Source: Salinarchaeum sp.
GTDB taxonomy: Archaea; Halobacteriota; Halobacteria; Halobacteriales; QS-1-68-20
Reading direction: 5' to 3'
Assembly: GCA_007122875.1 (NCBI GenBank)
Contig: SKSS01000101.1
Coordinates: 1-37,580 of the forward strand
DNA length: 37,580 nucleotides
Shown in pieces: positions 1 to 10,414 of the stretch. The notes beneath the pieces are model-generated. The model was not told the origin of the DNA and ran no database searches. It saw only the letters and a program-made list of their open reading frames with translations. Every line of letters starts with the position of its first letter. Positions within the stretch are counted from its first letter, which is position 1. Position numbers and translations under genes: made by a program.

Positions 1-582
1 CAGTTCTCGGGCGGCATGCGCCAACGTGCGGTGATCGCGATGGCGCTCGCCTGTGATCCCGACCTGTTGATCTGTGACGAGCCGACGACCGCGCTCGACG
101 TGACCATTCAGGCGCAGATCCTCGAACTGCTCCAGCAGCTCCAACGCGAGCGCAACCTGGCGATGATGTTCATCACCCACGACATGGGCGTCATCGCCGA
201 GATCGCCGACCGGGTGAACGTGATGTACGCCGGCCAGATAATCGAACACGCCGACGTCCAGACGATATTCGACGAACCAAAACACCCCTACACCAGGGGG
301 CTGCTCGAAAGCATCCCCGGACGGAACCCCGATGCCGATCGCCTGCCGACCATCGAGGGCGACGTTCCGACCCCGACCGAACCGGCGCAGGATTGCCGGT
401 TCGCCCCCCGCTGCGGGGAGGCGTTCGACGCCTGCCACCGGGTCGCGCCGCAGGCCGTCGCCGTCGGTGAAGGAGAGCACCACACGGCCTCGTGTCTGCT
501 CTACCCGGAGGACCGGTCGAGAGAGGACGCGATCGACCACCATCGACGGCTGCTCGCAGGCGAGGAGGGTGAGGACTCGTGA
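1..582 (+). CDS. dppD: Dipeptide/oligopeptide ABC transporter ATP-binding subunit (DppD/OppD), 5'-truncated by window edge
   Basis: Frame open from base 1: QFSGGMRQR signature, [18 protein letters not shown] Walker B, FITHD switch, HPYT motif and Cys-rich oligo_HPY C-terminus. Confidence 0.93.
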   Translation, partial: QFSGGMRQRAVIAMALACDPDLLICDEPTTALDVTIQAQILELLQQLQRERNLAMMFITHDMGVIAEIADRVNVMYAGQIIEHADVQTIFDEPKHPYTRGLLESIPGRNPDADRLPTIEGDVPTPTEPAQDCRFAPRCGEAFDACHRVAPQAVAVGEGEHHTASCLLYPEDRSREDAIDHHRRLLAGEEGEDS

Positions 583-1928
583 GCCAGAACGTCGAACAGG
601 CTGCCCACGAGCGTGCGAGTGTCGGCGAGGCGCTCGTGCAGATCGACGGTCTGAAGACGTACTACGAGGACGGTGGACTGCTCTCCAGCCATCCCGTCAA
701 GGCCGTCGACGGCGTGAGCTTCGAGATCGACAGAGGGGAGACCCTCGGGTTGGTCGGCGAATCCGGCTGTGGGAAGACGACGCTCGGACGGACGCTCGTC
801 CAGCTCGAATCGGCCACCGATGGCGAGATCCTTTTCGACGGGACCGACATCACTGAACTTCGCGGAGACGATCTCAAGGAGTGGCGGCGGCGGACTCAGA
901 TGGTGTTTCAGGATCCCGATTCCAGCCTGAACAACCGGATGACGATCGGAGAAATCGTCCGTGAACCGCTCGACGTGCACGCGGTGGGAACGCCGCGAGA
1001 GCGTCGTGCACGGGTGCGAGAACTCCTCGAAGTCGTCGGACTACGCGAAGAGCATTACTACCGGTACCCCCACCAGTTCTCCGGCGGGCAGCGCCAGCGG
1101 ATCGGCATCGCACGGGCGCTCGCGCTCGAACCCGAGTTCATCGTCCTCGACGAGCCGGTGAGTGCGCTCGACGTCTCCGTCCAGGCACAGATCCTCAACT
1201 TACTCGAGGATCTCCAGAAAGAGTTCGATCTTACCTACCTGTTCATCGCCCACGACCTCTCGGTCGTCCGCCACATCTGCGACCGCGTCGCCGTGATGTA
1301 TCTCGGACACGTCATGGAGATCGGCGCCACCGAGGAGATGTTCCGTGACCCGGCGAACCCGTACACGCAGTCGTTGCTGTCGGCGATCCCCGAACCCGAT
1401 CCGTCCCACGACACCGACCGGATCACCCTTCGAGGGACCCCGCCGAGCCCCCGCGATCCGCCCGAGGGCTGTCCGTTCAGCACGCGCTGTCCGATGAAGG
1501 TCCGACCGTCGGCGTACCGCGATCTCGACGGAGAGGTCTGGGAGCGCATCCAGATCTTCCGTGAGGTGCTCCGCCAGCGGATGAACGCGGAGATGGGATT
1601 GAAAGATCGGATTCGTGATCTGCTGGGGCGTGACACCCGCTTTAGCGACATCGACGAAATTCGCGAAGAGCTGTTCGGCGACGTCACCCTTCCGGATTCC
1701 GTTCGTGGCCATATCGAGGAGGCGATCGATTACGTGGCCGATGCCGACGAGGCGGCAGCACACCAGTACCTCGACGAGCAGTTCGGAAGCACCTGCGACG
1801 AGGACCCCCCAATCCAACACGACGTGGGAGGCGGACGGCTCAGCCTCTGTCACCGCCACCTCGACGATCACGCGAACCCCGAGGACGTTCACGACGAACT
1901 GAACGTCTTTACGGGAGAGTCGGAGTAA
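579..1928 (+). CDS. dppF: Dipeptide/oligopeptide ABC transporter ATP-binding subunit (DppF/OppF) with expanded C-terminal domain
   Basis: GESGCGKT Walker [28 protein letters not shown]; GTGA overlap with upstream ATPase. Confidence 0.93.
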   Translation: MSQNVEQAAHERASVGEALVQIDGLKTYYEDGGLLSSHPVKAVDGVSFEIDRGETLGLVGESGCGKTTLGRTLVQLESATDGEILFDGTDITELRGDDLKEWRRRTQMVFQDPDSSLNNRMTIGEIVREPLDVHAVGTPRERRARVRELLEVVGLREEHYYRYPHQFSGGQRQRIGIARALALEPEFIVLDEPVSALDVSVQAQILNLLEDLQKEFDLTYLFIAHDLSVVRHICDRVAVMYLGHVMEIGATEEMFRDPANPYTQSLLSAIPEPDPSHDTDRITLRGTPPSPRDPPEGCPFSTRCPMKVRPSAYRDLDGEVWERIQIFREVLRQRMNAEMGLKDRIRDLLGRDTRFSDIDEIREELFGDVTLPDSVRGHIEEAIDYVADADEAAAHQYLDEQFGSTCDEDPPIQHDVGGGRLSLCHRHLDDHANPEDVHDELNVFTGESE

Positions 1929-2067
1929 CACCTCACGCCTCCGGTGGGGAGAACCGTACGGGTTCGCGCTGATTCTTCTCGCGTGTGACGATGATTCTTC
2001 CTCACGGTTCGCGTCGAGCGCCCGGGTGAGCAACACCCATATACGCTCGCGTTAGAAAAGGCCGACC

Positions 2068-2577
2068 ATGGCGGGATTTCGAGAGCAAGACCCCGACGGC
2101 TCCCCGAGAGAACCCGACGTGTACCGAAACGCCTGGCAGCACACGCTCGACGACATGGAGGCGATGGCCGACGAACTCGAAGCTGACGGGTGGGAGGTGG
2201 TGACGATTCCCGCCGGAGATACCGCTCCGGAACACCCGGATGTCGGCGATAGCGACCGGTTCGGGCTGGTCCACGTGGTTCCCGGCAACAAGGCGGACGA
2301 CCTCGCCGAGTTGGTCGACGGACGTGAGTTCCCGACATACGATGTCTACCGGGCGACGTTCCAGCGGCGGGTGTTTCTCGTGACCGCGTTGTTCGATGAG
2401 GACGCGAAGTGTGCGATCATGATCGCCGGAACGTACGAGCGCAAGCACGCTCGTCAGTTGATCGAGACCGCACGGGAGGAGGGTGTGATGTACACTCACG
2501 TCCAACGGATCGACAAGACGCCGGTCGCGAGGTTCGAACACACCGACGTAGAGAAGTTCTTCCCGGAAACCGAGTGA
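2068..2577 (+). CDS. Conserved haloarchaeal hypothetical protein (DUF7529-like)
   Basis: Acidic 169-aa ORF with typical codon usage; W..TL.DMEAMA.ELEADGWEV motif; paralogous to 14157..14762. Confidence 0.75.
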   Translation: MAGFREQDPDGSPREPDVYRNAWQHTLDDMEAMADELEADGWEVVTIPAGDTAPEHPDVGDSDRFGLVHVVPGNKADDLAELVDGREFPTYDVYRATFQRRVFLVTALFDEDAKCAIMIAGTYERKHARQLIETAREEGVMYTHVQRIDKTPVARFEHTDVEKFFPETE

Positions 2578-2672
2578 TCGCCGTTCGTGCGCTGCGACTC
2601 GCTCCGGATGGCGGCCGCAGTCGAGGCTGCCGCCACCGGTAGGTACTTGCAACGGGCAACGGTGGTGGTAAT

Positions 2673-3656
2673 ATGTCAGTCACACACCGCAGCGAGCGAA
2701 TCGAACTCGCCCGGTTGCCCTCCGGAGTCCGGATCGAAACGACGGTTCACACCTACGAGGGCGACGAGGACGGCCCGACGCTCTACACGCAGGCCGCCCA
2801 GCACGGCCGCGAGGTCAACGGAACCGCTACCCTCCGACGGCTTCACGAACGGCTGCTTGACGCCGACGGCTTCGCCGGACGACTGGTTGCCGTTCCCGTC
2901 GCCGATCCGCTCACGTTCGATCACGTCTCCTACACGACGCCGGAGATCCTCGACAGCGTCAACGCGAACATGAACCGGTGCTGGCCGGGCGACGAGGACG
3001 GGTCGCTGCACGAGCAGATGGCCGCGACGCTCTGGGAGCACGCGACCGAGGCCGACGCCATCGTCGACCTTCACACCGGGAGCCCGGACATGGCGACGCA
3101 CGTCGTGTTCATGGAGGGCGACGGTCCCTCCCGCGATCTCGCGCTCGCGTTCGGTACCGACCTGCTCCTCGGCGAGCAGGCGGGCGAGGACGCCGACGAG
3201 GAGTGGGAACAGCGTGACTTCTCCGGAAAACTCCGGGTCGCCGCCACCCGCGAGGGGATTCCGTCGATCACGCCCGAACTCGCACACAGCAAGCAAATCG
3301 TTGAGGACGCCGTCGAGATCGGCGTCGTCGGCATGGAGAACGTCCTCCGCGAACTCGACATGCTTCCGGGCGATCCCGTCGAGAACGGCGATCCCGTCCT
3401 CGCACGCAATCACCTCGGACGGGTGACGGCCGAGACCTCTGGGCTGTTCCGCTCGAACCCCGACATCGCTGTCGGCCAGCGGATCGAGGAGGGCCACCCG
3501 CTCGGGACGCTCTACGATCCCACGACGTTCGAGGTCCTGCAGGAACCCGTCACCGACCGCGACGGGGTGCTGTACTCGCTCGCGCTGGAGGCGACCGTCA
3601 CGTCGGGGGCTGGGCTGGGGAACGTGGCGATGATCCGCGACGAGAACCCCGAGTGA
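2673..3656 (+). CDS. Succinylglutamate desuccinylase/aspartoacylase family (M14) hydrolase
   Basis: AAQHGRE zinc motif, NMNRCWPG, IVDLHTG, catalytic E in ITPEL, C-terminal barrel-sandwich segment. Confidence 0.88.
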   Translation: MSVTHRSERIELARLPSGVRIETTVHTYEGDEDGPTLYTQAAQHGREVNGTATLRRLHERLLDADGFAGRLVAVPVADPLTFDHVSYTTPEILDSVNANMNRCWPGDEDGSLHEQMAATLWEHATEADAIVDLHTGSPDMATHVVFMEGDGPSRDLALAFGTDLLLGEQAGEDADEEWEQRDFSGKLRVAATREGIPSITPELAHSKQIVEDAVEIGVVGMENVLRELDMLPGDPVENGDPVLARNHLGRVTAETSGLFRSNPDIAVGQRIEEGHPLGTLYDPTTFEVLQEPVTDRDGVLYSLALEATVTSGAGLGNVAMIRDENPE

Positions 3657-3668
3657 TCGGCTTCGCGT

Positions 3669-4307
3669 TTACAGTTGTGCTTCGATCTCTTCTCGCAGCG
3701 CCATCGTTTTCAGTTCCACTCGTACGTCCTCAGCGCTCATCGGTGCCCGAGGGTCCGCACCGATACGCGTCGCGAAGGCCTCGACCGTAGGCAGTGCGAT
3801 CTCGAAATGATCGAGGTCCGAACGGACCGGTATCGTCTCCTCGTAGCGTTCGTTCATACGGACGAGTACTTCTGCTCCAGTCACGGGGTCCTGTATGAGT
3901 GTGTACTCCGACGCGATAGCCGGGACCATCGCGCGCTCGGTCCGCAGGACATCATAGGACTCTTCGATCAGGAGTGTCAGTTGAGGAGGATCACGCCCCT
4001 GTCGGTCGTCCCGTTTTGCGTACGTGAAAAACGACTGTTCGTCGAGGGCTGCGGTGAGCGTCACGTGCTCGGCATCATCGTCGATGCCACCGAGCAGATC
4101 GGCGATCGTCTCGGCATCGACTGGATCGAAGACGGCCCGGAGAACGGTCTCCAGCGTCTGCTCCGGTCCCTTCATGACAGCGATCGAGTGCGGCGAGCGA
4201 ATAGTCGTTTCGGAGGGCGTCGATCCCGCCGTGTTCACGAGCGGTCCGTGAAAATGTTCGATATCGTGATCGTCGACACGAGTTATCCCCGTCGGTCGAT
4301 AGCTCAC
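3669..4307 (-). CDS. Hypothetical protein (start uncertain: GTG 4307 or ATG 4175)
   Basis: Acidic ORF filling the gap directly downstream of the amidohydrolase stop (4318); no motif recognised. Confidence 0.6.
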   Translation of the reverse strand: MSYRPTGITRVDDHDIEHFHGPLVNTAGSTPSETTIRSPHSIAVMKGPEQTLETVLRAVFDPVDAETIADLLGGIDDDAEHVTLTAALDEQSFFTYAKRDDRQGRDPPQLTLLIEESYDVLRTERAMVPAIASEYTLIQDPVTGAEVLVRMNERYEETIPVRSDLDHFEIALPTVEAFATRIGADPRAPMSAEDVRVELKTMALREEIEAQL

Positions 4308-4317
4308 ATGTGGGAGA

Positions 4318-5568
4318 TCAAAGCGACCGGACCGTCCGTGCCAGCACGTCCACGCCGATCGGAAGTGAGTCCTCGTCGATGTCGAAGCGTGCGGTGTGGT
4401 GGCCGGCGGGATTGCTCGCGCCGATCCCGACGTACGTGGCCGTTCCGCCATTCTCCTGTACCTCCCGGATCAGATAGGAGGCGTCCTCGCTCGCGCCGAA
4501 GTCCACTCGGCCGACGACTTCGTCGACACCATCGGCTCCGCTCGCGGCATCGACGACCGTCTCCACGAGGTCGTCGTCGGCCTCGAACGTCGTCGTCTTC
4601 CCGTACAGCGAGGTCTCCACGTCGACCTGGTGGGCCGTTGCGGCACCGTCGATGATCGACCGCGCCCGGTCGAGCATGTACTCGTTCAACTCGGCGGTTC
4701 GTCCGCGGACCTCGACGCGCATCGTCGCGCGTTCGGAGATGACGTTCTGGGCGTTCGGCGAGTACACCTCGCCGACGTTGATCCGGGTGACGCCATCGGC
4801 GTGTCGCGGAATCCCGTAGAGGTTCTGGATCGCCGTCGCGGCCGCCTGCAGGGCGTTCCGGCCGGCGTTCGGTTCGCCGCCTGCGTGAGCGGGTTCGCCC
4901 TCGAACGTCACGTCGAGTTTCGCGTTCGCCAGCGGGCGCTCGTAGGAGGCGATCACGGTTCCCGTCTCGCGGCCGAGACCGAGGTGGACCGCGAGCAGGT
5001 GATCGACGTCGGTGAGATGCTCGGTCCGGCTCATCGGGAGACCGCCACGACCGCCCTCCTCGGCCGGCTGGAAGAACAGCTTCAGCGTGCCGTCGAAGCC
5101 GCTCGACTCGTCGAGTTCTCGCGCCAGCCCGAGACCGATCGTCGCGTGGCCGTCGTGGCCGCAGGCGTGCATCTCGCCATCGTGCGTCGAGACGAACCCC
5201 TCGCGAGCGGGGCGGTGGTCGTCGTCGGTCGCCTCCTGGCGTTTCAGCGCGTCGATGTCCACCCGAATCCCGACGGTCGGCCCGGAGCCGTCACCGTACG
5301 TCTTCTCGGCGACGACGCCCGTGATCCCGTCCATCTCCTCGAGGTACTCTTCCGGGGCCCCCTCGTCGCGAGCGCGCTCCTCGGCGGCCGTGAGCGTGTC
5401 GTCGTCGGGTACGCCCAGTCGCTCGCCAGGGGCCACGGCGTCCGAGCCGAGGTGGAGGTCGAAGCCGCGCTCGTCGAGTTCTTCAGCGAGCAGTGCGGTC
5501 GTCCTGAACTCGGTCCAGCCGACCTCCGGGTGAGCGTGGAGGTCGCGTCGAAGCTCCGTGAGATCCAT
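4318..5568 (-). CDS. M20 family amidohydrolase (AbgA/aminobenzoyl-glutamate hydrolase-like)
   Basis: RRDLHAHPEVGWTEFRT, RVDIDAL, MHACGHDGH, FQPAEEG, GASEDA, HHTARFDIDE. Confidence 0.92.
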   Translation of the reverse strand: MDLTELRRDLHAHPEVGWTEFRTTALLAEELDERGFDLHLGSDAVAPGERLGVPDDDTLTAAEERARDEGAPEEYLEEMDGITGVVAEKTYGDGSGPTVGIRVDIDALKRQEATDDDHRPAREGFVSTHDGEMHACGHDGHATIGLGLARELDESSGFDGTLKLFFQPAEEGGRGGLPMSRTEHLTDVDHLLAVHLGLGRETGTVIASYERPLANAKLDVTFEGEPAHAGGEPNAGRNALQAAATAIQNLYGIPRHADGVTRINVGEVYSPNAQNVISERATMRVEVRGRTAELNEYMLDRARSIIDGAATAHQVDVETSLYGKTTTFEADDDLVETVVDAASGADGVDEVVGRVDFGASEDASYLIREVQENGGTATYVGIGASNPAGHHTARFDIDEDSLPIGVDVLARTVRSL

Positions 5569-5758
5569 GTCGGCAGTGCTGACCATGGTGATGAGAGGGC
5601 AACGAACGGAGAAAACGGTGTGGATACCGGCCAGTCGTCGAGTGCTCGTCGCGGGGCGAGTCGTCAGCGTCGCCGGATGGGCATCGGTCGGATCGGTGGC
5701 CTGACTTCGCCCACGACCTCAGCCGTGGGCGGAGCCAGATCGAGCAGTAGCTTACTTC

Positions 5759-5800
5759 AAGGTAACGTTACACTTACCTTCCAGTCAGAGTACACTTATT
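5759..5800 (+). promoter_or_regulatory. Inverted-repeat operator candidate next to a TATA-like box upstream of the lipoprotein/fibre unit
   Basis: AAGGTAA-N8-TTACCTT (5759-5780) overlapping the perfect palindrome GTAACGTTAC (5762-5771); TACACTTA repeated at 5769 and 5791; CTTATT at 5795. Confidence 0.45.
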
Positions 5801-5953
5801 ACCCATCCTTCGCTTGTCAGTTTCGAACCGGGATCGAAGGGATATGTCGCAGAATCCAGAGTATCGGGGCCATCGGTTGAGGAGAAAACCCCGACGATGC
5901 CGACCGACTCGACGCAACTGCTGAAGCGCTGTGGGATCCGGGAGCATGTGAAG

Positions 5954-6220
5954 ATGACAGACAAACAACAACCGACGACGAGGCGACGTGCGTTGGTGGG
6001 GGTCGGTACCCTGTTAGCGACGGTCTCGAACGCTGGCTGTACGGTCACTATCGGCGATCACGAGATAACCGTCTTCGACGGGGAGGGAGGTTCGCCCCGC
6101 GAAGCCGACGGGACGACGCCATCGACGCCGACCTCAGAGGAGACGCCGACGCTCGAACCGACCGAGGAGTACGGAGGCCATGGGTACGGCGAGGATGGCT
6201 ACGGGGGCGTCGACCCGTGA
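5954..6220 (+). CDS. Small Tat lipoprotein with Thr/Pro linker and C-terminal triple YG motif
   Basis: TTRRRALVG twin-arginine, NAGC lipobox (Cys codon 6038), TTPSTPTSEETPT linker, ends EEYGGHGYGEDGYGGVDP. Confidence 0.75.
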   Translation: MTDKQQPTTRRRALVGVGTLLATVSNAGCTVTIGDHEITVFDGEGGSPREADGTTPSTPTSEETPTLEPTEEYGGHGYGEDGYGGVDP

Positions 6221-6239
6221 TGCGACCCAGGAGAACGAC

Positions 6240-7421
6240 ATGACTCGAACACCAAACCACAGATACAACGTACCCGAGGAGGGTGAGCAGAACTGGCACG
6301 TGCCGCTGAACGAGAACTTCGAACGGTACGACGTCGACATCGAAATCCGCGACGAGAGCCACGCGATCGACGAGTACGAACCGAGAGAGGGCGCGAAGTT
6401 TCTGGCGACAGACACCGGCGTCGTCTACATGGGTGATGGAACGGACTGGGAGGAGGCGTTCGATCTCGGGGGGTCCGGCATCCAGAGCGTCGGCAGCGTC
6501 GAACCGGACGACGACGGGAATCTAGCTCTCGTCTCGCCGGACGGGTCACTGAGCATCGCGCCGGACGATACCGAACACGCGATCGAACTCAGCGTCCCCG
6601 CCATCTCCGACCTCGCCGACGCCATTGGGGTTCCCATCGAGCAGCTCAACGGCACGCCGCCCGACGGGGATGGAAATCTGGATCTCGTCTCGCCGGACGA
6701 GTCACTGAGCATCGCATCGAACGAGACCGAAAACATGATCGAACTCAGCAGTCCTGCCATGTTCGATCTTGCCGACGCCGTTGCTGAGACGGTCAGACAG
6801 GTCAACAGCACGCCGCCCGACGGAGCTGGAAATCTGAATCTCGTCTCACCGGACGACTCGCTGAGCATCGCGCCAAACGAGACCGAAAACACGATCGAAC
6901 TCAGCGTGCACAGCCAGACGCAGTTGAATGACGATGGCGACCTCGTCGGCGTACGAAACGTCTTCGCGAACGATGTGTTCGAGAACTCGGACGCCCGTCT
7001 GAAGCAGAACGTTTCGCCGTTTGAAAACGGGCTCGAAACGGTGAATGCGCTCCGTCCGGTCACCTTCGAGTGGGCCGACGACGACGAAGGGAATGATCGC
7101 CAAGTGGGGCTGATCGCCCAGGACGTCGCGGACGTCCTCCCGGAGATCGTTGAACGTCGAAAAGACGACGCAGACGGGGAGGAGGGACACCTCGGGGTCA
7201 ACTACTCGAAGCTGGTTCCGGTGCTTCTCGACGCCGTTCAGCGCCAGCAGGCGGAACTTGCGGACCGGGACGAGCGGATCGACGCCCTTGAAACCGAGCG
7301 TAACCGGAACGCCGACCGGATTGACACCCTCGAAACCCGAAACGAGTCACTGGAAGACCGGCTGGAAACCCTGGAGGCGCGCGTAGGTTCTGCAACGAAC
7401 GGAACTCCATCTGACGACTGA
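6240..7421 (+). CDS. Tail-fibre-like protein with C-terminal peptidase S74 intramolecular chaperone and coiled coil
   Basis: SDARLKQNV...LRPVTFEW...VGLIAQDVADVLPEIV...GVNYSKLVPVLLDAVQ matches the S74 consensus; heptad tail; AGGAG SD at 6229; no signal peptide. Confidence 0.88.
   Translation: MTRTPNHRYNVPEEGEQNWHVPLNENFERYDVDIEIRDESHAIDEYEPREGAKFLATDTGVVYMGDGTDWEEAFDLGGSGIQSVGSVEPDDDGNLALVSPDGSLSIAPDDTEHAIELSVPAISDLADAIGVPIEQLNGTPPDGDGNLDLVSPDESLSIASNETENMIELSSPAMFDLADAVAETVRQVNSTPPDGAGNLNLVSPDDSLSIAPNETENTIELSVHSQTQLNDDGDLVGVRNVFANDVFENSDARLKQNVSPFENGLETVNALRPVTFEWADDDEGNDRQVGLIAQDVADVLPEIVERRKDDADGEEGHLGVNYSKLVPVLLDAVQRQQAELADRDERIDALETERNRNADRIDTLETRNESLEDRLETLEARVGSATNGTPSDD
6480..6908 (+). 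repeat. Intragenic tandem repeat, 156-bp (52-aa) unit, about 2.75 copies
   Basis: CTCGTCTC(G/A)CCGGAC at 6528, 6684 and 6840; GNL.LVSPD.SLSIA...E..IELS three times. Confidence 0.92.
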
Positions 7422-7551
7422 TGTCTCGTCAGTCGACCGTTCCACCACGAGACCATGGGACCCCCTGAACGATACCGTCGACCGGCTGGAAGGTGTGGCG
7501 ATATTGACTGGCTGGACGGTGCGGACGGTTCCGTCTCCGATCGAACCGCGA

Positions 7552-9261
7552 TCAGTCTCGCGTCAATCCGGGGTTCGTGACCGCCCCTTCGGATGCGGAG
7601 TCGAACATCGCGCCGTACTTCGCCAGCACGCCCGCGTCGTACGGTGGCTCGGGCTCATCCCAGGCCTCGCGTCGACGGTCGAGTTCCGCCTCGCTCACGT
7701 TCACGTCGAGCGTTCGATCCGGCACGTCGACCGTGATCGTGTCACCGTCTTCCAACAGCCCGATCGGGCCACCGACGAACGCCTCGGGTGCGACGTGGCC
7801 GATCATCGGGCCGCGGGTTCCACCGGAAAACCGTCCATCCGTGATGAGCGCGACGTCGTCCTCGTGGCCGGCCCCGACGACGGCAGCCGTCACGCCGAGC
7901 ATCTCGCGCATCCCGGGACCGCCACGGGGACCCTCGTTGCGGATGACGATCACGTCACCCGACTCGACGTGCCCCTCCTGGACGTAGGCCATCGCATCCT
8001 CCTCGTTCTCGAAGAGTCGGGCCGGTCCCTCGTGGTGAAACTGATCCCCCCCGGTGGCTTTCAACACGGCCCCGTCCGGCGCGAGGGTTCCCGAGAGGAT
8101 CTTGATCGCGCCCTCCTCCTCCTTCGGGTCGTCGACCGAGTAGAGAAACTCCGCGTCGATCTCGTCGTCGGGCGCGAGTGGGAGCCGTTCGAGTTCCTCG
8201 ACGATCGTCCGCCCAGTGACCGTCATCGCGTCGCCGTGTATCAGATCCGCATCGAGCAGCCGCCGAATCACGACGGGGACGCCACCGAGTTCGTGAAGGT
8301 CGTTCATCACGTGTGAGCCGCCGGGCTGGAGGTCGGCAATCTTGGGCGTCCGCTGTGAGACCGCATCGAAGTCCTCGATGTCGAGGGCGATGCCCGCCTC
8401 GCGGGCCATCGCGAGCAAGTGTAAGACGCCGTTGGTCGAGCCGCCGATCGCCGTCTGGACGGCGATGGCGTTCTCGAACGATTTCCGCGAGAGGATGTCG
8501 GACGGTCGGCGATCCGCCTCGACGCACTCGACGGCGAGTTCGCCGGCCTGCCGGGCGACGGCGTACCGCTCGTGGTGTTCGGCCGGCGCACCGGCGCTTC
8601 CCAGCGGTGCAAGCCCGATCGCCTCGGAGATCGAGGCCATCGTGTTCGCGGTGAACATCCCGCCACACGAACCCGCACCGGGACAGGCCTTCCGTTCGAG
8701 GTCGTCGAGTTCGTCTTCGGACATCTCGCCGGAGGCGACCGCCCCGACGCCCTCGAACACCTGGACGATCGTCACGTCACGGCCGTCGTGCTCGCCGGGC
8801 ATGATCGAACCGCCGTAGAGGAACACGGAGGGGAGATCCGTGCGGATCGCGGCCATCATCATTCCGGGGAGGTTCTTATCACAGCCCGCGACCATTACGA
8901 GCCCGTCGAGACGCTCGCCGAACGCGACGAGTTCGACCGAGTCGGCGATGAGTTCCCTGGAGATGAGCGACGCCTTCATGCCCTCGGTTCCCATCGAGAT
9001 CGCATCGCTGATGGTGATCGTCCCGAACTCGATCGGCATCCCACCGGCCTCGTCGGTCCCCTCGATCGCCGACTCGGCGACATCGTCGAGGTGGACGTTA
9101 CAGGGCGTGATGTCCGCCGCCGGGTTCGGGACGCCGATCATCGGCGAGGCGAAGTCGTCGTCGTCGAAGCCCATCGCCCGGAACATCGAACGATGGGGGG
9201 CTCGTTCGGGACCCTCGGTAACGTCGTTGCTCGGGAGGCTCGGATCCTTCTGGTCGCTCAT
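7552..9261 (-). CDS. ilvD: Dihydroxy-acid dehydratase
   Basis: [66 protein letters not shown]; start at MSDQKD. Confidence 0.97.
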   Translation of the reverse strand: MSDQKDPSLPSNDVTEGPERAPHRSMFRAMGFDDDDFASPMIGVPNPAADITPCNVHLDDVAESAIEGTDEAGGMPIEFGTITISDAISMGTEGMKASLISRELIADSVELVAFGERLDGLVMVAGCDKNLPGMMMAAIRTDLPSVFLYGGSIMPGEHDGRDVTIVQVFEGVGAVASGEMSEDELDDLERKACPGAGSCGGMFTANTMASISEAIGLAPLGSAGAPAEHHERYAVARQAGELAVECVEADRRPSDILSRKSFENAIAVQTAIGGSTNGVLHLLAMAREAGIALDIEDFDAVSQRTPKIADLQPGGSHVMNDLHELGGVPVVIRRLLDADLIHGDAMTVTGRTIVEELERLPLAPDDEIDAEFLYSVDDPKEEEGAIKILSGTLAPDGAVLKATGGDQFHHEGPARLFENEEDAMAYVQEGHVESGDVIVIRNEGPRGGPGMREMLGVTAAVVGAGHEDDVALITDGRFSGGTRGPMIGHVAPEAFVGGPIGLLEDGDTITVDVPDRTLDVNVSEAELDRRREAWDEPEPPYDAGVLAKYGAMFDSASEGAVTNPGLTRD

Positions 9262-9391
9262 AACCCGAGGATGGCACCCGACTGGCTTAAGCCCGGCTAC
9301 CGGACAGCCCCCTCCGTCGAACCCGACGTGGGACGCCGCCACGATCTCCGCCGTCGAAACCCCCTTGTCGGGCCCCCCCAAACCCGGATTC

Positions 9392-10372
9392 ATGTCCGCA
9401 CGGGTCGTCGCCCCGGCTCGCCTCCACTTCGGCTTCGTCAACCTTTCACCGGCCCGCGAGCGGCTCTACGGCGCTCTCGGGGTTTCCCTCGACGGGTTTC
9501 GAACGAGCGTCGAGGCCACCCCGGCCGATCGGGTCGAGTGTTCCGATCCCGAAGCGCGTCGATACGCCGAGCGCGCCGTCAGCCATCTCAAGGTCCCCGG
9601 GGCGACCGTCCGGGTCGAGAACTCCCCTCCCCGGCACGTCGGTCTCGGGAGCGGCACACAGCTTGCGCTCGCCACGCTCGTCGCCGTCGGAGCGGCCTAC
9701 GGCGAACGGCCTGCGGCCCGCAGACTCGCCCCCAACCTCGGACGAGGGGGTCGAAGCGGCGTTGGCGTCGCCGCCTTCGAGGGCGGCGGATTCGTCCTCG
9801 ACGCCGGCCACCCGACGGGACGGTTCACCGCGGAGCCACCCGCTCGCGGCGAGTGGACCGTCCCCCCGATCGTTTCACGCCACGAGATACCCGACGACTG
9901 GCGGTTCGTCCTCGCGCTTCCGGACGCCGATCCCGGCCGGAGCGGCGCGGACGAGGACGACGCCATGCGCCGAACGGTGGAGGACGCCGACCCAGCCGTC
10001 GCCGACGAGATCGCCCGAACCGTCGTCCATCGCGTGCTTCCGGCGGTCGCCGAAGGGGACGCGAGGGCGTTCGGAGCGGCCGTCTCCGAGATCGGCCGGT
10101 TGAACGGGGCCTGGTACGCCGACGCGCAGGGTGGGATCTACCGGCCGCCGGTCGGAACGATCGTCGAGGCACTCGCCGACGATCCGGCGGTCGACGGGGC
10201 CGGGCAGTCCTCGTGGGGGCCGGCGACCTACGCGATCACGACGGCGGACCGGGCGGAGCGCGCGCTGGACGCGGCTCGTCGAGCGCTCGACAAAGCGGGG
10301 GTCGATGGCCGGGTCGAGGCGGTAGCGGGGTGTAACGAGGGGGCACAAGTGGAACGCAAACATGGCGCGTGA
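9392..10372 (+). CDS. Beta-ribofuranosylaminobenzene 5'-phosphate synthase family (GHMP fold)
   Basis: [47 protein letters not shown]. Confidence 0.9.
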   Translation: MSARVVAPARLHFGFVNLSPARERLYGALGVSLDGFRTSVEATPADRVECSDPEARRYAERAVSHLKVPGATVRVENSPPRHVGLGSGTQLALATLVAVGAAYGERPAARRLAPNLGRGGRSGVGVAAFEGGGFVLDAGHPTGRFTAEPPARGEWTVPPIVSRHEIPDDWRFVLALPDADPGRSGADEDDAMRRTVEDADPAVADEIARTVVHRVLPAVAEGDARAFGAAVSEIGRLNGAWYADAQGGIYRPPVGTIVEALADDPAVDGAGQSSWGPATYAITTADRAERALDAARRALDKAGVDGRVEAVAGCNEGAQVERKHGA

Positions 10373-10414
10373 GGGCGGTGGAGTTTTTGAGTGCCGGGCG
10401 AGTACGTCCTCGAT

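Noticed and set aside
5954-7421. Prophage or provirus
   Set aside because: No integrase, terminase, capsid, portal or att repeats are seen; both flanks are housekeeping genes.
8840-9441. Overlapping N-terminal extensions of ilvD and the RFAP synthase-family gene
   Set aside because: Family motifs begin at 9261 (-) and 9392 (+), leaving a normal divergent intergenic region.
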